Positions 1 through 12,551 of a stretch of 64,000 nt of DNA are shown piece by piece. Position numbers and translations under genes: made by a program. A model generated the notes under the pieces. That model was given only the letters and a program-made list of their open reading frames with translations, did no database searches and was not told the origin of the DNA. Every line of letters starts with the position of its first letter. Position 1 is the stretch's first letter. Source of the stretch: Rhodocyclaceae bacterium (GTDB taxonomy: Bacteria > Pseudomonadota > Gammaproteobacteria > Burkholderiales > Rhodocyclaceae); contig DATJJR010000011.1 in assembly GCA_035492055.1 (NCBI GenBank), positions 12,135 to 76,134 of the forward strand, given 5' to 3'.

Positions 1-1264
1 GCATGCCGGCGACCGGCTGCGTAAAGCCCATGGCCAGGAACACGTGGTCTGCCTTGATTTCGAATTCAGAACCCGGCACTTCCTTCATCTTGCCGTCCTT
101 CCATTCGAGCTTGACGACCTTGATGGCGGTCAGCTTGCCGTTTTTGCCAACAAACTCCTTGGTGGCAATCGACCAGTCGCGCTCAACGCCTTCTTCATGT
201 GAAGAAGAGGTACGCAGTCTGAGCGGCCAGTAAGGCCACACCAGCGCACTGTTTTCCTGTTCCGGCGGCTGCGGCAGCAATTCGATCTGCGTGACCGAAG
301 CAGCGCCATGGCGATTCGAGGTGCCCACACAATCCGAGCCGGTATCGCCGCCACCGATCACAACGACATGCTTGCCGTGAACGTTGATCGGATTCTTGGG
401 GCCGTTCATCTTGCCGCCGTTCACTTCCTTGTTTTGCGGGATCAGGAAGTCGAGCGCGTAGTCGATGCCTTTGAGGTTGCGGCCCGGCACCGGCAGATCG
501 CGCGGCACTTCGGCACCGCCCGCGAGCACAACCGCGTCGAACTGCTTCTTGAGCTCTTCTGGTGTGACGGTCTTGGTCGCGTCATTGTTGATGCCGGCCG
601 GCAGTTGTGCCTTGGTCACCATGGTGCTGGTCTTGAAGGTCACACCTTCGGCCTTCATCTGCGCGACACGCCAATCGATCAGGCGCTTGTCGAGCTTGAA
701 GTCCGGAATGCCGTAGCGCAACAGACCGCCGATTTCGTTGCTCTTTTCGAACACGGTCACAGCGTGGCCGGCGCGCGCGAGTTGCTGCGCGGCAGCCAGA
801 CCAGCCGGGCCGGAACCGATCACGGCAACTTTCTTGCCGGTCTTGTGCGACGCAGGTTGCGGCACGACCCAGCCGTTCTCGCCGGCCTTGTCGATGATGG
901 CGCGCTCGATCGACTTGATGCCGACCGGCGTACCCGGAATGTTCAGCGTGCAGGCAGCCTCGCACGGTGCAGGGCAGATTCGGCTGGTGAATTCGGGGAA
1001 GTTGTTGGTCGAGTGCAGGACATCAATGGCTTCGCGCCAGTTACCCTTGTAGACCAGATCGTTCCAGTCAGGAATGATGTTGTTGACGGGGCAACCGTTG
1101 TTGCAGAACGGAATGCCGCAATCCATGCAGCGCGCGCCCTGCTTGCTGGCATCCGCGTCGGAAAGCGCAAGGACGAATTCCTTGTAGTTCTTGACGCGGT
1201 CTTTTACATCCAGATAGCTTTCGTCGAGACGGTTAAGTTCGAGAAATCCAGTGGGCTTGCCCAT
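1..1264 (-). CDS. gltD: glutamate synthase small subunit, N-terminal ~421 codons; C-terminus lies beyond the left edge
   Basis: Not in the ORF track because it runs off the edge. Reverse-complement reading from ATG 1264 is uninterrupted: [30 protein letters not shown]...[17 protein letters not shown]...[24 protein letters not shown]. This shows the Cys cluster and GxGxxG fold of GltD. It lies directly downstream of gltB. Confidence 0.9.
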   Translation of the reverse strand, partial: MGKPTGFLELNRLDESYLDVKDRVKNYKEFVLALSDADASKQGARCMDCGIPFCNNGCPVNNIIPDWNDLVYKGNWREAIDVLHSTNNFPEFTSRICPAPCEAACTLNIPGTPVGIKSIERAIIDKAGENGWVVPQPASHKTGKKVAVIGSGPAGLAAAQQLARAGHAVTVFEKSNEIGGLLRYGIPDFKLDKRLIDWRVAQMKAEGVTFKTSTMVTKAQLPAGINNDATKTVTPEELKKQFDAVVLAGGAEVPRDLPVPGRNLKGIDYALDFLIPQNKEVNGGKMNGPKNPINVHGKHVVVIGGGDTGSDCVGTSNRHGAASVTQIELLPQPPEQENSALVWPYWPLRLRTSSSHEEGVERDWSIATKEFVGKNGKLTAIKVVKLEWKDGKMKEVPGSEFEIKADHVFLAMGFTQPVAGM

Positions 1265-1380
1265 TTATACAACCTCAATCACGCCACTTGTCGGCGGCAA
1301 CAAATTATCGGGGAGTTCCGCAACGCAGGTTTCGGTCGAGCACTTCATCCTCAGAAAAAAGTGGCGACCGACTGTGAAAT

Positions 1381-4300
1381 CTACGCAGCTTCCTTTACTT
1401 CGCTCTTCTTGGCCTTGGCCGCCATTTCGGTCAACGCGCGGCGATATTCATGCGGGAAGACCTTGACGAACTTGTCACGGTACTCTTCCCAGTTGTCCAG
1501 GATCAGCTTGGCCTTCTCGCTGCCACTGGCAGCAGCATGCTTCGCAATGACAGCCTTGAGCTGGGCTTCGTCGGTTTCACCGCGATGCAGCAGCGCATCG
1601 CTTAATTGCTCATCGTGCGGCAGCAGCTTTTCGATTGCCACCATGGCCATATTGCAGCGCTTGGCGAAATTGCCGTCTTCGTCCAGCACGTAAGCGATAC
1701 CACCGCTCATGCCGGCTGCAAAGTTGCGGCCGGTCTGGCCAAGCACCACGACGGTACCACCGGTCATGTACTCGCAACCATGGTCGCCCGTGCCTTCGAC
1801 AACGGCCGTTGCGCCCGAGTTACGTACAGCAAAACGTTCGCCGGCCACACCGCGGAAGAAGACCTCACCTTCGGTCGCACCGTAGAGCACGGTGTTGCCG
1901 ACGATGATGTTCTCGTCCGGCTTGCCGGTGAATTTCGCGTTGGGTTTGACGATGATGCGACCACCTGACAAGCCCTTGCCGACATAGTCGTTGGCTTCGC
2001 CAGTCAGCTCCAGCGTAATGCCACGTGCCAGGAACGTACCGAAGCTCTGACCGGCGATGCCGTGCAGATTGATCTTGATGGTGTCGTCAGGTAGTCCAGC
2101 GCGACCATATTTCTTGGCGATTTCGCTCGACAGGATGGTGCCGAAGGTGCGGTTCTCGCTCTTGATTGCGGTTTCGATCACGACCTTCTCACCGCGCTCG
2201 ATTGCCGGCTTGGCCTGAGCGACCATCTTGTGGTCGAGCGCTTTGTCGGTGCCATGGTCCTGCGTCTCGGCATGGCGACGTGCAACGTCGGCACCGGTCG
2301 GCGGAATGTAGAACACCTTGCTGAAATCGAGGCCCTTGGCCTTCCAGTGCTCGATGCCCTTCTTCATGTCGAGCAAATCGGCACGGCCGATCAGATCTTC
2401 AAACTTCTTGATGCCCATCTCAGCCATGTAGCCGCGGATTTCTTCGGCAACAAAGAAGAAGTAATTCACCACATGCTCCGGCTGACCGCTGAAGCGCTTG
2501 CGCAGCACCGGATCTTGCGTGGCAACACCGACCGGGCAAGTATTGAGATGGCACTTGCGCATCATGATGCAGCCTTCGACGACCAGCGGTGCGGTCGAGA
2601 AGCCGAACTCATCAGCGCCCAGCAGCGCGCCGATCAGCACGTCGCGACCGGTCTTCATCTGACCGTCGGCCTGGACCACGACACGGCCGCGCAGGCGGTT
2701 CAGCACCAGCGTCTGTTGCGTTTCGGCAAGACCCAATTCCCACGGCGTGCCGGCATGCATGACGGAAGACAGCGGCGAAGCGCCCGTCCCGCCATCAAAA
2801 CCGGACACCACGATGTGGTCGGCCTTGGCCTTGGCGACACCGGCAGCGACTGTACCGACGCCGACCTCCGACACCAGCTTGACCGACACGGAGGCCGACA
2901 AGTTGGAGTTCTTCAGGTCATGAATCAGCTGCGCCAGATCTTCGATCGAGTAGATGTCATGATGCGGCGGCGGCGAAATCAGGCCGACGCCCGGCACCGA
3001 GTGCCGTAGGAAGCCGATGTATTCGGACACCTTGTGGCCCGGCAATTGGCCGCCTTCGCCCGGCTTGGCGCCTTGCGCCATCTTGATCTGCAATTGATCG
3101 GCGTTGACCAGATATTCAGCAGTTACACCGAAACGGCCGGACGCGACTTGCTTGATCTTGGAACGCAGCGAATCGCCTTCCTTGAAAACGAAATCACGTT
3201 CGATACGCGTCGGGCCCACCACTTCTGACAGTTTCTGGCCGGCCTTGAGCGGCTTGAAGCGCATCGGATCTTCGCCGCCTTCACCGGTATTCGACTTGCC
3301 GCCGAGGCGGTTCATGGCAATAGCCAACGTGGTGTGGGCTTCGGTCGAGATCGAACCCAGCGACATGGCACCGCTGGCGAAGCGCTTGACAATGTCCTTG
3401 GCCGATTCGACTTCGTCGAGGGCAACGGGCGGGCCGGCCGGCTTGATTTCAAACAAACCGCGCAGTGTCATGTGGCGCTTGCTCTGATCGTTGATCAGTG
3501 CGGCGTACTCCTTGTACGTCTCGAACTTGCCGCTGCGCGTTGCATGTTGCAGCTTGGCAATCGAGTCAGGCGTCCACATGTGTTCTTCGCCGCGAATGCG
3601 GAAGGCATATTCGCCACCGGCATCGAGGGCGTTCGACAACACCTGGTCTTCGGAGAAAGCGGTCTGGTGCGTACGCACTGCCTCTTCGGCAACCTCAGCC
3701 AGGCCGATACCTTCGATCTGGGTCGCAGTGCCGGTGAAGAAACGTTCGATAAAGGCCTTGTTGAGACCAATGGCCTCGAACATTTGCGTGCCGCAATAAG
3801 ACTGATAGGTCGAAATGCCCATCTTGGACATGACCTTGTTCAAGCCCTTGCCGATGGCCTTGAGATAATTCTTCTGGCCGTTCTTGATGCCATCCTTGTC
3901 CTTGGCATCGAACATGTCGGCGATGCTGTCAAGGATCAACCACGGGCAAGTGGCTTCAGCACCAAAGCCGGCGAGCAGCGCAAAGTGATGCACTTCGCGC
4001 ACAGACCCGGAGTCGATGACCAAACCGGTACTGGTGCGCAGACCCTTGCGCGTCAGGTGATGATGCACACTGGCACACGCCAGCAACGCCGGAATGGCGA
4101 CGCGCGAGCGTGACACGGCACGGTCGGACAGGATCAGCACGTTGTAGCCATCAGCCACCGATTGCTCGGCCGCGGCAGCGATACGGCTAAGTGCGGTTTC
4201 GGCACCGGCGGCGCCTTCGGCCACCGGATAGGTAATGTCGACAACCAGCGACTTGAATCGGCCCTTGGTCAATTTGTCGATGTTGCGCAGGCGCGCAATA

Positions 4301-6018
4301 TCGTCGCCCAACAGTACGGGCTGATGCACTTCAAGACGCGGTGTCAGGCCTTCGTCCGGATTGCCGATGCCGAGCAGATTCGGCTTGGGACCGATGAAGC
4401 TGGTCAACGACATGACGATTTCCTCGCGGATCGGATCGATCGGCGGATTCGTCACCTGCGCGAACAGCTGTTTGAAATAGTTGTAGAACGGCTTGTTCCT
4501 GTTCGACAGAATCGGCAGCGCAATGTCGGTACCCATCGAACCCGTGGCCTCTTCGCCGTTCTTGACCATCGGTTCAAGCAGAAACTTGACGTCTTCCTGT
4601 GTGTAGCCAAAAGCCTGCTGCGTATCGAGCAGCGACTCCGCAAGTTTGTCCTTGAGTGCAGTGGCCGGCAAATCGCCGAGGAAGATACGGCTTTCCTCGA
4701 TCCACTTGGCGTACGGTTCCGCCGTGGAGACTTGGGTCTTCAGTTCGGCATCGTCGATGATGCGGCCTTGTTCAAGATCGATGAGCAGCATCTTGCCCGG
4801 TTGCAGGCGCCAGCGCTTGGCGATCTTTTCATCCGGGAAGGTCAGCACACCCATTTCCGACGCCATCAGGACGATGTCGTCCTTGGTGACCAGGTATCGC
4901 GCCGGGCGCAGGCCGTTGCGATCGAGCGTGGCGCCGATCTGGCGGCCGTCGGTGAAAGCCACTGCAGCGGGACCGTCCCACGGCTCCATGATGGCAGCGT
5001 GGAATTCGTAGAAGGCGCGACGCTTCTGGTCCATCAATGTGTTGGTGGACCACGCTTCCGGGATCAGCATCATCATGGCGTGCGCCATCGAGTAGCCACC
5101 CATGACCAGCAGTTCGAGCGCATTGTCGAACGAAGCCGAATCAGACTGACCTTCGTCGATCAGCGGCCACAGCTTGTCGAGATCCTTGCCGAGAATGCCG
5201 GACGACATTGCCTTCTGGCGGGCCGTCATCCAGTTAACGTTGCCGCGCACGGTGTTGATTTCGCCGTTGTGGGCAATCATGCGGAACGGATGTGCCAGAT
5301 CCCAACGCGGGAAGGTGTTGGTCGAGAAGCGTTGATGCACCAACGCCAACGCCGACTCGACGCGCGGATCGAGCAGATCGGTGTAGTACTCGCCGACTTG
5401 TTCGGCCAGCAACATACCCTTGTACACAATGGTGCGCGAGGACATGGAAAGAATGTAGAACTGCCAGCCATCGTCGAGCTTGCGGTGGCTGACTTCGTGT
5501 TCGATGCGCTTGCGAATGACGAACAACTTGCGCTCGAAGGCGCCCTGGTCGGCAGCCTTGCTGCCAATGAAAACCTGACGGCCGAACGGCTCTTCCTCAA
5601 TCGCCATTTGCGCAAGGCCGTTGCCATTCTTCGGAACGTCGCGCCAGCCAAGAAACTCCTGGCCTTCTTCGTGAATGATGCGGGCAACAATAGACTCACA
5701 GGCCTGACGGCCATTGACCGATTGCGGCAGGAAAATGTTGGCACAAGCGTACTGGCCAATCTTGGGCAGCTTGATGCCGAGTTTGCCGGCTTCTTCGCGC
5801 AGGAAAGCATCCGGTAGTTGGATCAGGATGCCTGCACCGTCCCCCAGCAACGGATCGTAGCCAGTCGCGCCGCGGTGCGTCAGATTCTTGAGAATCTGCA
5901 AGCCTTGCTCGACGATGGAATGGCTCTTTTTGTTCTTGATATGGGCGACAAAACCAACGCCACAGGCGTCGTGTTCATTGGCGGGGTCATACAGACCCTG
6001 GCGCTGCGGAAGGGACAT
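1381..6018 (-). CDS. gltB: glutamate synthase large subunit
   Basis: ORF of about 1545 aa with the N-terminal amidotransferase ...EHDACGVGF and full-length GltB-like sequence. Start trimmed to [12 protein letters not shown] (ATG 6018), preceded by GAGGAAAG 5 nt upstream. Confidence 0.97.
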   Translation of the reverse strand: MSLPQRQGLYDPANEHDACGVGFVAHIKNKKSHSIVEQGLQILKNLTHRGATGYDPLLGDGAGILIQLPDAFLREEAGKLGIKLPKIGQYACANIFLPQSVNGRQACESIVARIIHEEGQEFLGWRDVPKNGNGLAQMAIEEEPFGRQVFIGSKAADQGAFERKLFVIRKRIEHEVSHRKLDDGWQFYILSMSSRTIVYKGMLLAEQVGEYYTDLLDPRVESALALVHQRFSTNTFPRWDLAHPFRMIAHNGEINTVRGNVNWMTARQKAMSSGILGKDLDKLWPLIDEGQSDSASFDNALELLVMGGYSMAHAMMMLIPEAWSTNTLMDQKRRAFYEFHAAIMEPWDGPAAVAFTDGRQIGATLDRNGLRPARYLVTKDDIVLMASEMGVLTFPDEKIAKRWRLQPGKMLLIDLEQGRIIDDAELKTQVSTAEPYAKWIEESRIFLGDLPATALKDKLAESLLDTQQAFGYTQEDVKFLLEPMVKNGEEATGSMGTDIALPILSNRNKPFYNYFKQLFAQVTNPPIDPIREEIVMSLTSFIGPKPNLLGIGNPDEGLTPRLEVHQPVLLGDDIARLRNIDKLTKGRFKSLVVDITYPVAEGAAGAETALSRIAAAAEQSVADGYNVLILSDRAVSRSRVAIPALLACASVHHHLTRKGLRTSTGLVIDSGSVREVHHFALLAGFGAEATCPWLILDSIADMFDAKDKDGIKNGQKNYLKAIGKGLNKVMSKMGISTYQSYCGTQMFEAIGLNKAFIERFFTGTATQIEGIGLAEVAEEAVRTHQTAFSEDQVLSNALDAGGEYAFRIRGEEHMWTPDSIAKLQHATRSGKFETYKEYAALINDQSKRHMTLRGLFEIKPAGPPVALDEVESAKDIVKRFASGAMSLGSISTEAHTTLAIAMNRLGGKSNTGEGGEDPMRFKPLKAGQKLSEVVGPTRIERDFVFKEGDSLRSKIKQVASGRFGVTAEYLVNADQLQIKMAQGAKPGEGGQLPGHKVSEYIGFLRHSVPGVGLISPPPHHDIYSIEDLAQLIHDLKNSNLSASVSVKLVSEVGVGTVAAGVAKAKADHIVVSGFDGGTGASPLSSVMHAGTPWELGLAETQQTLVLNRLRGRVVVQADGQMKTGRDVLIGALLGADEFGFSTAPLVVEGCIMMRKCHLNTCPVGVATQDPVLRKRFSGQPEHVVNYFFFVAEEIRGYMAEMGIKKFEDLIGRADLLDMKKGIEHWKAKGLDFSKVFYIPPTGADVARRHAETQDHGTDKALDHKMVAQAKPAIERGEKVVIETAIKSENRTFGTILSSEIAKKYGRAGLPDDTIKINLHGIAGQSFGTFLARGITLELTGEANDYVGKGLSGGRIIVKPNAKFTGKPDENIIVGNTVLYGATEGEVFFRGVAGERFAVRNSGATAVVEGTGDHGCEYMTGGTVVVLGQTGRNFAAGMSGGIAYVLDEDGNFAKRCNMAMVAIEKLLPHDEQLSDALLHRGETDEAQLKAVIAKHAAASGSEKAKLILDNWEEYRDKFVKVFPHEYRRALTEMAAKAKKSEVKEAA

Positions 6019-6314
6019 CTCGTCTTTCCTCGACAGGAGACAAATCAATGGGTAGTTCTAGGCGTTGCGTGCACAGACATTTACCGATCGCGCGGCCGGA
6101 TGTCTTAAGCACGCAATTAACCTTTTAGGGGGCTTGCAAATATACGCTCAATCTTGAATGGGCTCAAGATGATAGAAATGAATTACCCGATAAACGACTT
6201 CACGGACCTTTCCCCGAAAATGTCTTTTTCTTCAGTGTTGTCGATGCAAATAGGCCGGCGAATACTGAAACACGCTCAAACGCACCAGCGCCTGCGTTGC
6301 TCAGGCAACGTGAC

Positions 6315-7448
6315 CTATATTTCGCCAACCGCAAACAACCGGCGATGCTCTTTCATCGCATAACGATCGGTCATGCCTGCAATATAGTCGGCCACGGCAC
6401 GTGCTTTGTCTTCTGTCGCATAGGCTAGGTATTGAGGCGGTAACAAACGCGGCTCTTCGAGAAATGCGGTGAACAACTCGCGGATGATGCGGCGCGCCTT
6501 GTTGGTCATGCGCAGTACTTGATAATGACGGTACAGCGCTTCGCGCAGGAAACCTTTCAACAATCGGTTTTCTTCCTGCATGGCTGGACTGAAGCCGATC
6601 AAAACCGGGGCTTGATGCACGTCGTCCAGCGTTTCCAGTGCCGCCTCCGTGATCGCCCGCCCACTTTCGGCAAGTAGATCGGTCACCTGAGCGTCAATCA
6701 TGTGGCGAATAGTCTCGTGGATCAGGCGTCGGCCGGCAATCTCCGGGTATTGCTTGCGCACCACGTCTACGTGACGCGCGAATAAAGTCACTTCCTCGAG
6801 TTGCTCCAGCGTAATCAGACCGGAACGCAAGCCATCATCGATATCGTGATTGTTGTAGGCAATTTCGTCGGCCAGATTGCAAATCTGGGCCTCAAGCGAA
6901 GGGCGCTTGTTATTGAGAAAGCGCTCGCCAAGGTCACCAAGCAAGCGTGCATTCTTCACTGAACAATGCTTGAGAATGCCTTCTCGCGTTTCGTACATCA
7001 GATTGAGCCCATCAAACGCACCGTACCGCTCCTCCAGCAACTCCACTGTGCGCAACGACTGGAGGTTATGCTCGAAGCCGCCGAACTCGCGCATGCATTC
7101 GTTCAGTGCATCCTGGCCCGCGTGGCCAAAGGGCGTATGCCCGAGATCGTGTGCCAGGCACACCGCTTCGACGAGATCGTCGTTCAGGTTCAGTGCCTGC
7201 GCCACCGCCCGGCCGATTTGCGCAACTTCGATGCTGTGCGTCAAGCGCGTACGAAACAGGTCGCCTTCGTGATTGACGAAAACCTGCGTCTTGTATTCGA
7301 GCCGGCGAAAGGCAGTCGAATGAATGATGCGATCACGATCGCGCTGGAATTCGCTGCGCGCCTTGGGCTTGGGTTCGGCAATGCGACGGCCACGTGAATT
7401 ACCGTCATGTACGGCATATGTTGCAAACGTCCTTGCCAAATCAGGCAT
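6315..7448 (-). CDS. dgt: dGTP triphosphohydrolase-like HD-domain protein
   Basis: HD-domain signatures [13 protein letters not shown] and [11 protein letters not shown]. Start trimmed to MPDLARTF (ATG 7448), overlapping the aroB stop by 8 nt. Confidence 0.88.
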   Translation of the reverse strand: MPDLARTFATYAVHDGNSRGRRIAEPKPKARSEFQRDRDRIIHSTAFRRLEYKTQVFVNHEGDLFRTRLTHSIEVAQIGRAVAQALNLNDDLVEAVCLAHDLGHTPFGHAGQDALNECMREFGGFEHNLQSLRTVELLEERYGAFDGLNLMYETREGILKHCSVKNARLLGDLGERFLNNKRPSLEAQICNLADEIAYNNHDIDDGLRSGLITLEQLEEVTLFARHVDVVRKQYPEIAGRRLIHETIRHMIDAQVTDLLAESGRAITEAALETLDDVHQAPVLIGFSPAMQEENRLLKGFLREALYRHYQVLRMTNKARRIIRELFTAFLEEPRLLPPQYLAYATEDKARAVADYIAGMTDRYAMKEHRRLFAVGEI

Positions 7449-8535
7449 TGCAGCATGCCTCGATTGAAGCACGAATCTGTTCCGGTGACGCGTCTCCGTA
7501 AGTAACCGCCTCACCCAAATGCTTTAGCAAGACCAAACGCAACCTGCCGGCAACAACTTTCTTGTCGTGGCCCATGAGGTCAATGTAACGGTCAACACCC
7601 AGCGGTGCGCCAACAATCGGCAAACCAGCTGCAGCGAGCAGTTTGCGAACACGCTCGAACTCTGCATCCGTTAACCAGCCCAGGCGACGCGACAATTCCG
7701 CCGCCATGACAGTCCCTGCACCGACAGCTTCGCCATGCAACCATTCGCCGTAACCCAGCCCGGTTTCGATGGCGTGGCCGAAGGTATGTCCGAGATTGAG
7801 CAAGGCACGGCCGCCTTCCTTGGCTGTCTCAAGCTCATCTGCAGCCACAACCTCGGCCTTGTTCAGGCATGAGCGTTCAATGGCGTACGTCAAGGCCGCA
7901 GCGTCACGAGCGCGCAGTTGGGTCATATTGGCTTCGAGCCAGTCCAGAAAAGGCAAGTCGCGGATAAAACCGTATTTCACGACCTCAGCAAGGCCGGCGG
8001 AAAGCTCGCGCTCAGGCAAGGTCTTCAGCGTATCTGTATCTGCCAAGACAAGCTGCGGCTGCCAGAAGGCGCCGATCATGTTCTTGCCGCGCGGATGGTT
8101 GATGCCGGTCTTGCCGCCCACCGAGGAATCGACCTGCGACAACAGCGTGGTCGGCACCTGGATGAAAGGAATACCGCGCTGATAACTGGCTGCAGCATAA
8201 CCGGCCAAGTCACCGACGACACCGCCGCCGAGCGCAATCAGCGTCGTCGTACGATCGCAGCGGTTGGCAAGCAGCGCATCGAAAATCGCGTTCAGCGACT
8301 CCCAATTTTTGTATTCCTCGCCATCAGGCAAGACGATCTCAACGACCTTGATCCCGGCCTCGCGCAGCGGTGCCGCAAGCATTTCCAGATACAGCGGCGC
8401 CACAGTAGTGTTGCTGACGACAGCCACAACCTTGCTCTTCAGGTGCGGCAGGATTAACTCAGCCTGAGCAAGCAAGCCAGGGCCGATATGAATGGGATAA
8501 GTGCGCTCACCGAGCGCAACGTTCAGGGTGCGCAT
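7441..8535 (-). CDS. aroB: 3-dehydroquinate synthase
   Basis: 364 aa with typical AroB sequence ([45 protein letters not shown]). Located in the aroK-aroB pair downstream of pilQ. Confidence 0.95.
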   Translation of the reverse strand: MRTLNVALGERTYPIHIGPGLLAQAELILPHLKSKVVAVVSNTTVAPLYLEMLAAPLREAGIKVVEIVLPDGEEYKNWESLNAIFDALLANRCDRTTTLIALGGGVVGDLAGYAAASYQRGIPFIQVPTTLLSQVDSSVGGKTGINHPRGKNMIGAFWQPQLVLADTDTLKTLPERELSAGLAEVVKYGFIRDLPFLDWLEANMTQLRARDAAALTYAIERSCLNKAEVVAADELETAKEGGRALLNLGHTFGHAIETGLGYGEWLHGEAVGAGTVMAAELSRRLGWLTDAEFERVRKLLAAAGLPIVGAPLGVDRYIDLMGHDKKVVAGRLRLVLLKHLGEAVTYGDASPEQIRASIEACCNA

Positions 8536-9053
8536 TTACTGTCCAACTCCTCTTCGATACGGCGCGCCAGGGCAGCAACGCTGCACGTACCGCTTTCCAT
8601 GACGATATCCGCCACCTCACGATAAAGCGGATCGCGCTGTACATACAGCTCTTCGATCCGTTTCATCGGACTCTCAACTTGCAACAAAGGCCTGTTGCGA
8701 TCATGTCGGGTACGTTCGTACAAGGTCTGCGGCGGCGCGCAAAGGTAGACAACCACGCCCGTGTCACGCAAAGCCTTGCGGTTTTCCTCGCGTAACACAG
8801 CACCGCCGCCAGTCGCCAAAACCAATCCGTCCTGTGCGGTCAGCATGGCCACGGCCTGTGCCTCGCGATCACGAAAGCCAGCTTCGCCTTCAATTTCAAA
8901 AATTGTCGGAATGCGCACACCCGTCATCGCCTCGATTTCATGGTCTACATCTACGAAGCGGCGTTGCAGCCGCTTCGCCAACTGACGTCCAATCGAGGTT
9001 TTACCGGCACCCATCATGCCGACAAGATAGAGGTTCTGGCTGCGCGATTTCAC
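8523..9053 (-). CDS. aroK: shikimate kinase
   Basis: 176 aa with P-loop [20 protein letters not shown]. Overlaps the aroB start by 13 nt. Confidence 0.95.
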   Translation of the reverse strand: MKSRSQNLYLVGMMGAGKTSIGRQLAKRLQRRFVDVDHEIEAMTGVRIPTIFEIEGEAGFRDREAQAVAMLTAQDGLVLATGGGAVLREENRKALRDTGVVVYLCAPPQTLYERTRHDRNRPLLQVESPMKRIEELYVQRDPLYREVADIVMESGTCSVAALARRIEEELDSKCAP

Positions 9054-9097
9054 GCGCCCATTGTATCAGGCGACCACGGCCGCCCGAAACGCAGCTG

Positions 9098-9143
9098 ATA
9101 GAAACGACAAACCCGCCGCTTCATTAAAGAGGCGGCGGGTTTG
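9098..9143 (-). terminator. candidate intrinsic terminator after pilQ
   Basis: On the minus strand, AAACCCGCCGC / GCGGCGGGTTT forms an 11-bp stem with a 12-nt loop, followed by TTTGTCGTTTCT. Confidence 0.5.
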
Positions 9144-9172
9144 GAACATGTTCAACTGACGCTGTTTACTGA

Positions 9173-11362
9173 CTAACGTAGCGCGAGTGCGTCGTTGACG
9201 ATTCGCGGCGTAATGAACACCAGCAATTCGGACTTGCTGCGTTCACTCGTCGTCGTCTTGAACAGCCAGCCCACATAAGGAATATCACTGAGCAGCGGTA
9301 CACCTTCCTTATTGTCGGTCTCACTTTCGCGATAGAACCCCCCGATGACAACAGTACCTCCGTTATCAACCAGAACCGATGTATTGACCGTATTCTTGTC
9401 GAGATTGTTCGCGCCCAGAGAACCGAGTGTCAGCGTGCTTTTAGCGATTTTTAGATCAAGATTGATACGATTGTCCGGTGTAATCGAGGGTGTGACATCG
9501 AGTGTCAACGGCGCCGTGTAAGTCGTATAGATCGTCGTACCCGTCGCAAGATTTTGGCCGGTCACAACAGTCGTCTGCTGCAGATTCTCGATCTTGGCTG
9601 GTTTGTGATTCTGGGTAATCACACGCGGTGCAGATATCGTCTTGCCACGATTGTCGACTTCCGCGGCAGCCAGTTCCATTTGCAGAATGGCACCGGCACT
9701 GCTATTGAACAGTAGCAGGTTCGCAGTAGTACTACCGGTCAACGCGTAATTGGTACCAAATGCCGGTGCATTGCCCAACGTGAGCGTCGGGCTCGTCGTC
9801 GAAGTTCCGGTCAAATTCAGATTGCCAAAGCCGATTTCATTGTTGCCGCCGACGTTGTACGACTTGCTGTTGAAGAGATTCAGTCGAACGCCAAGATTCC
9901 TGGTGAAATCGGTCGACACTTCGACAATGCGCGCCTCAACCAGCACCTGCTTGGGCGGCACGTCGACTTCGCGAATCAAGTCGCGAACTTGGTCGACAAC
10001 AGTTTGTGTATCGCGAATGAAAAGCTTGTTGGTACCGTCGTCGAAGGAAATATACCCGCGCTCCGACAGCAAGCCCTTCGCCTGCACGCCCGTTTTAGAA
10101 GTGTCTCCGTTATCGCCCGGCGTCACGCTGGTACTAACACCCGTCGGATTACCCGATGTATCGCTGACCGAAATACGAATCAGCTTTTGAACATCAGATC
10201 CCTTTACATAATTCAGCTGAAACGACTCAGTAACAAGCGGCGCTGTTTCATTTGCACGCGCAAGCTCATCCGCCAGCGCCGCATCTCGCTTGGCAAGCAC
10301 GTCGCGTGCGCCGAACACGACCAATCCAGGACGCAAACGCATGCCAGCATTGGTTTGCCCAAGGACCAGATCAATGGCTTGGTCATAAGGCATGTTGTCG
10401 AGCGTAATAGTGATCTTGTTGCCATTCAGCGAAGGGTCAACAATCACGTTGCGTCCCGAAAGCTCGGCCAACGTACGCAGCACCATGCCAAGATCGGCAT
10501 CGTAGAAATTCACCGAGATCTTTTTGCCTTCCTGTCCGAACGGCACCAGCTTATTGGCCTCGGCGGCAGTTAAGGGGCGAATCTCAACCTTCAGTTGATT
10601 GTTTACCAGTTGCGCCTGATGCTGCCAAGTTCCCTTAGCTGTGATTTCGATGCGCCCCTGAGAACCATTGCCAGTGGTCTTAATCTGCGTCACTGGTGTA
10701 CCAAAATCCGTTACGTCGCGGCGATTCAGCAGGCGATCAGGGATCGAGGTGCCTTGAAAATCGATTGTCAGTCCGGTTGACGAACGGCGAATATCCACCG
10801 GCACTGAACCATCACTGAGATCAATCAGAATTTGCGCCTGCCCTTGATCACCGCGACGGAAGGTCAGGTCACGCATCGTGGCGAGATTGTCGGTAACAGT
10901 GTTGTCGTCCTTGCGGGTTGGCGTTGTGACCGGCGCATTTCGGGCCGTCATGGATTGCTTGAACGGCGCCAGCTTGATCAGCAACGAATTGCCTTTGATT
11001 TCTGTGTCATAACCGGTGCTCGCCAACATCGACAACACCATGCGCGTTTCGCTTTCCGTCTGAACCAATTGAATGGCCTTGAGGCTGCCCGAATCGACTG
11101 GATAGGCCGCCTTGCCCGAACGATTGGCAATCCCCGCGAAATCGAACACGATCCGTGCCGGCTCCTTGGTGGTCCATGCTGCGGGTACAGCTGATAACGG
11201 ATTTGCAAACACGAGATTGACGAAGGTTTGGTCGCCTTGCTGTTGCGTGGTGACCTCCTGAATCGAATTCGTGGCGGAGGGCATATCCTCGGCTTGTACG
11301 GCACCCAACCAACAGGCGCAGGCAACCAGCGAACCGGCGATACGAATCATGATGTGCTTCAT
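9173..11362 (-). CDS. pilQ: type IV pilus secretin
   Basis: 729 aa with a signal peptide and a C-terminal secretin domain (GVPLLSDIPYVGWLFK). Last gene of the pilMNOPQ array. Confidence 0.95.
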   Translation of the reverse strand: MKHIMIRIAGSLVACACWLGAVQAEDMPSATNSIQEVTTQQQGDQTFVNLVFANPLSAVPAAWTTKEPARIVFDFAGIANRSGKAAYPVDSGSLKAIQLVQTESETRMVLSMLASTGYDTEIKGNSLLIKLAPFKQSMTARNAPVTTPTRKDDNTVTDNLATMRDLTFRRGDQGQAQILIDLSDGSVPVDIRRSSTGLTIDFQGTSIPDRLLNRRDVTDFGTPVTQIKTTGNGSQGRIEITAKGTWQHQAQLVNNQLKVEIRPLTAAEANKLVPFGQEGKKISVNFYDADLGMVLRTLAELSGRNVIVDPSLNGNKITITLDNMPYDQAIDLVLGQTNAGMRLRPGLVVFGARDVLAKRDAALADELARANETAPLVTESFQLNYVKGSDVQKLIRISVSDTSGNPTGVSTSVTPGDNGDTSKTGVQAKGLLSERGYISFDDGTNKLFIRDTQTVVDQVRDLIREVDVPPKQVLVEARIVEVSTDFTRNLGVRLNLFNSKSYNVGGNNEIGFGNLNLTGTSTTSPTLTLGNAPAFGTNYALTGSTTANLLLFNSSAGAILQMELAAAEVDNRGKTISAPRVITQNHKPAKIENLQQTTVVTGQNLATGTTIYTTYTAPLTLDVTPSITPDNRINLDLKIAKSTLTLGSLGANNLDKNTVNTSVLVDNGGTVVIGGFYRESETDNKEGVPLLSDIPYVGWLFKTTTSERSKSELLVFITPRIVNDALALR

Positions 11363-11883
11363 TTGCTAGCTCCTTGATCCTGCTGCAAATACAGGATCTT
11401 TTCACGCTTGACCCATTGGTCGTTGGCATCCTTGACCGTTTCTTCAACATGCATTTCGGTCTTGGTGATCTTCGTGATTCGGCCATAATTTGGGCCAATG
11501 TAATTCCCGATCGTCACATGCTTGGGCTTGTCCGGTGTCTGGATCAAGGCATACATCGTCCCGTTGTAGTTGATAACGCCGATCAGCCGCATCGACTCCA
11601 GTGCGAAGCCTTCCAGATATTCGGGCGCACGGCCCGCACCAGGGCTGTTCTTGTCGACCAGGCCGAGATCCTTGGATCGAATCTTGTCAGGCGAGAATGG
11701 CGACAGCAAATCCTGAGCGGAATAATTCACGATAGGCGGCACAACCAGCGGTGGTGGCTCCACCACGGTAACCTTGATGTCCTTGGATTGTTCGGCCATC
11801 CATTCCTTGATATCGCTGTGTTCGTCACTGCCGCATGCAGCCAGCAGCAAGAGTGGCAACAGCAAAAGAGCACTGCGCATCAT
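11359..11883 (-). CDS. pilP: type IV pilus assembly lipoprotein PilP
   Basis: 174 aa with lipobox LLLAACGS. Lies between pilO and pilQ with 4-nt overlaps. Confidence 0.85.
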   Translation of the reverse strand: MMRSALLLLPLLLLAACGSDEHSDIKEWMAEQSKDIKVTVVEPPPLVVPPIVNYSAQDLLSPFSPDKIRSKDLGLVDKNSPGAGRAPEYLEGFALESMRLIGVINYNGTMYALIQTPDKPKHVTIGNYIGPNYGRITKITKTEMHVEETVKDANDQWVKREKILYLQQDQGASK

Positions 11884-12551
11884 TTCCGTGCCCCTTTCCG
11901 CTGCTGCGCAATTTCAGCTTCATCCAGATAGCGGAAGGTTTTGGCGACCGTGTTCATGGTCAGCGTGTCATCCTTCGCCACAGTGATCTCGAAATCGTTC
12001 AGCGTCACGATGCGCGACAATTTGGCGACGTCACCAGCAAAAGACCCCAACTCATGATAATTGCCCGTCAAACGGACCTTGATCGGCAGTTCGGCATAAA
12101 AATCCTTGCGCACTTCGGGCAAAGGCTGGAACAGATCAAATTGAAGCCCCTGACCCACCCCTGCCTGATTGATGTCCACCAGGAGTTGGTCGACTTCGGA
12201 TGCATTCGGCAATTGCTTCAGCAAGGCGCCAAAAGTACGATTGATTTCTTCGAGTTGGCGCTTGCGAGCATCAAGATTGACTGCTTGACGCTTCTTGTCG
12301 AGCCATTCCTGGCGCAGGCTCTCCTCTTGCTGACGAGCCGCATCCAATTCGTCCAGTTGCGGCTTCCAGACAAACCACCCTGCCAGCACAAGCAAAAGAA
12401 GGCCAAAAACGAAGAGCACAACAATACGCGGCGCAAGCGGCCACAAGCCTGGATCGCTCGGGTCCAGGGTACGAAAATCCTCCATCAACTGCTGGAAGTC
12501 GAACTTGGGCAACTTAGGCGCAGCCGGCAACTTTGCGGATTTCAGCTTCAC
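11880..12551 (-). CDS. pilO: type IV pilus assembly protein PilO
   Basis: 223 aa with a single N-terminal TM helix followed by a coiled coil. Position in the pilMNOPQ array. Confidence 0.85.
   Translation of the reverse strand: MKLKSAKLPAAPKLPKFDFQQLMEDFRTLDPSDPGLWPLAPRIVVLFVFGLLLLVLAGWFVWKPQLDELDAARQQEESLRQEWLDKKRQAVNLDARKRQLEEINRTFGALLKQLPNASEVDQLLVDINQAGVGQGLQFDLFQPLPEVRKDFYAELPIKVRLTGNYHELGSFAGDVAKLSRIVTLNDFEITVAKDDTLTMNTVAKTFRYLDEAEIAQQRKGARK

Noticed and set aside
308-1693. 461-aa plus-strand ORF
   Set aside because: It lies antisense to gltD and the gltB 3' end, whose minus-strand frames carry unmistakable glutamate synthase motifs. The Arg/Ala/Gly/Val-rich composition is typical of antisense frames in GC-rich DNA.
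4162-5817. 551-aa plus-strand ORF
   Set aside because: Entirely antisense to gltB, with no recognisable motifs.
6154-6363. 69-aa ORF in the AT-rich region upstream of gltB
   Set aside because: It has no SD and overlaps the dgt 3' end. The region is more plausibly the gltB promoter and leader.
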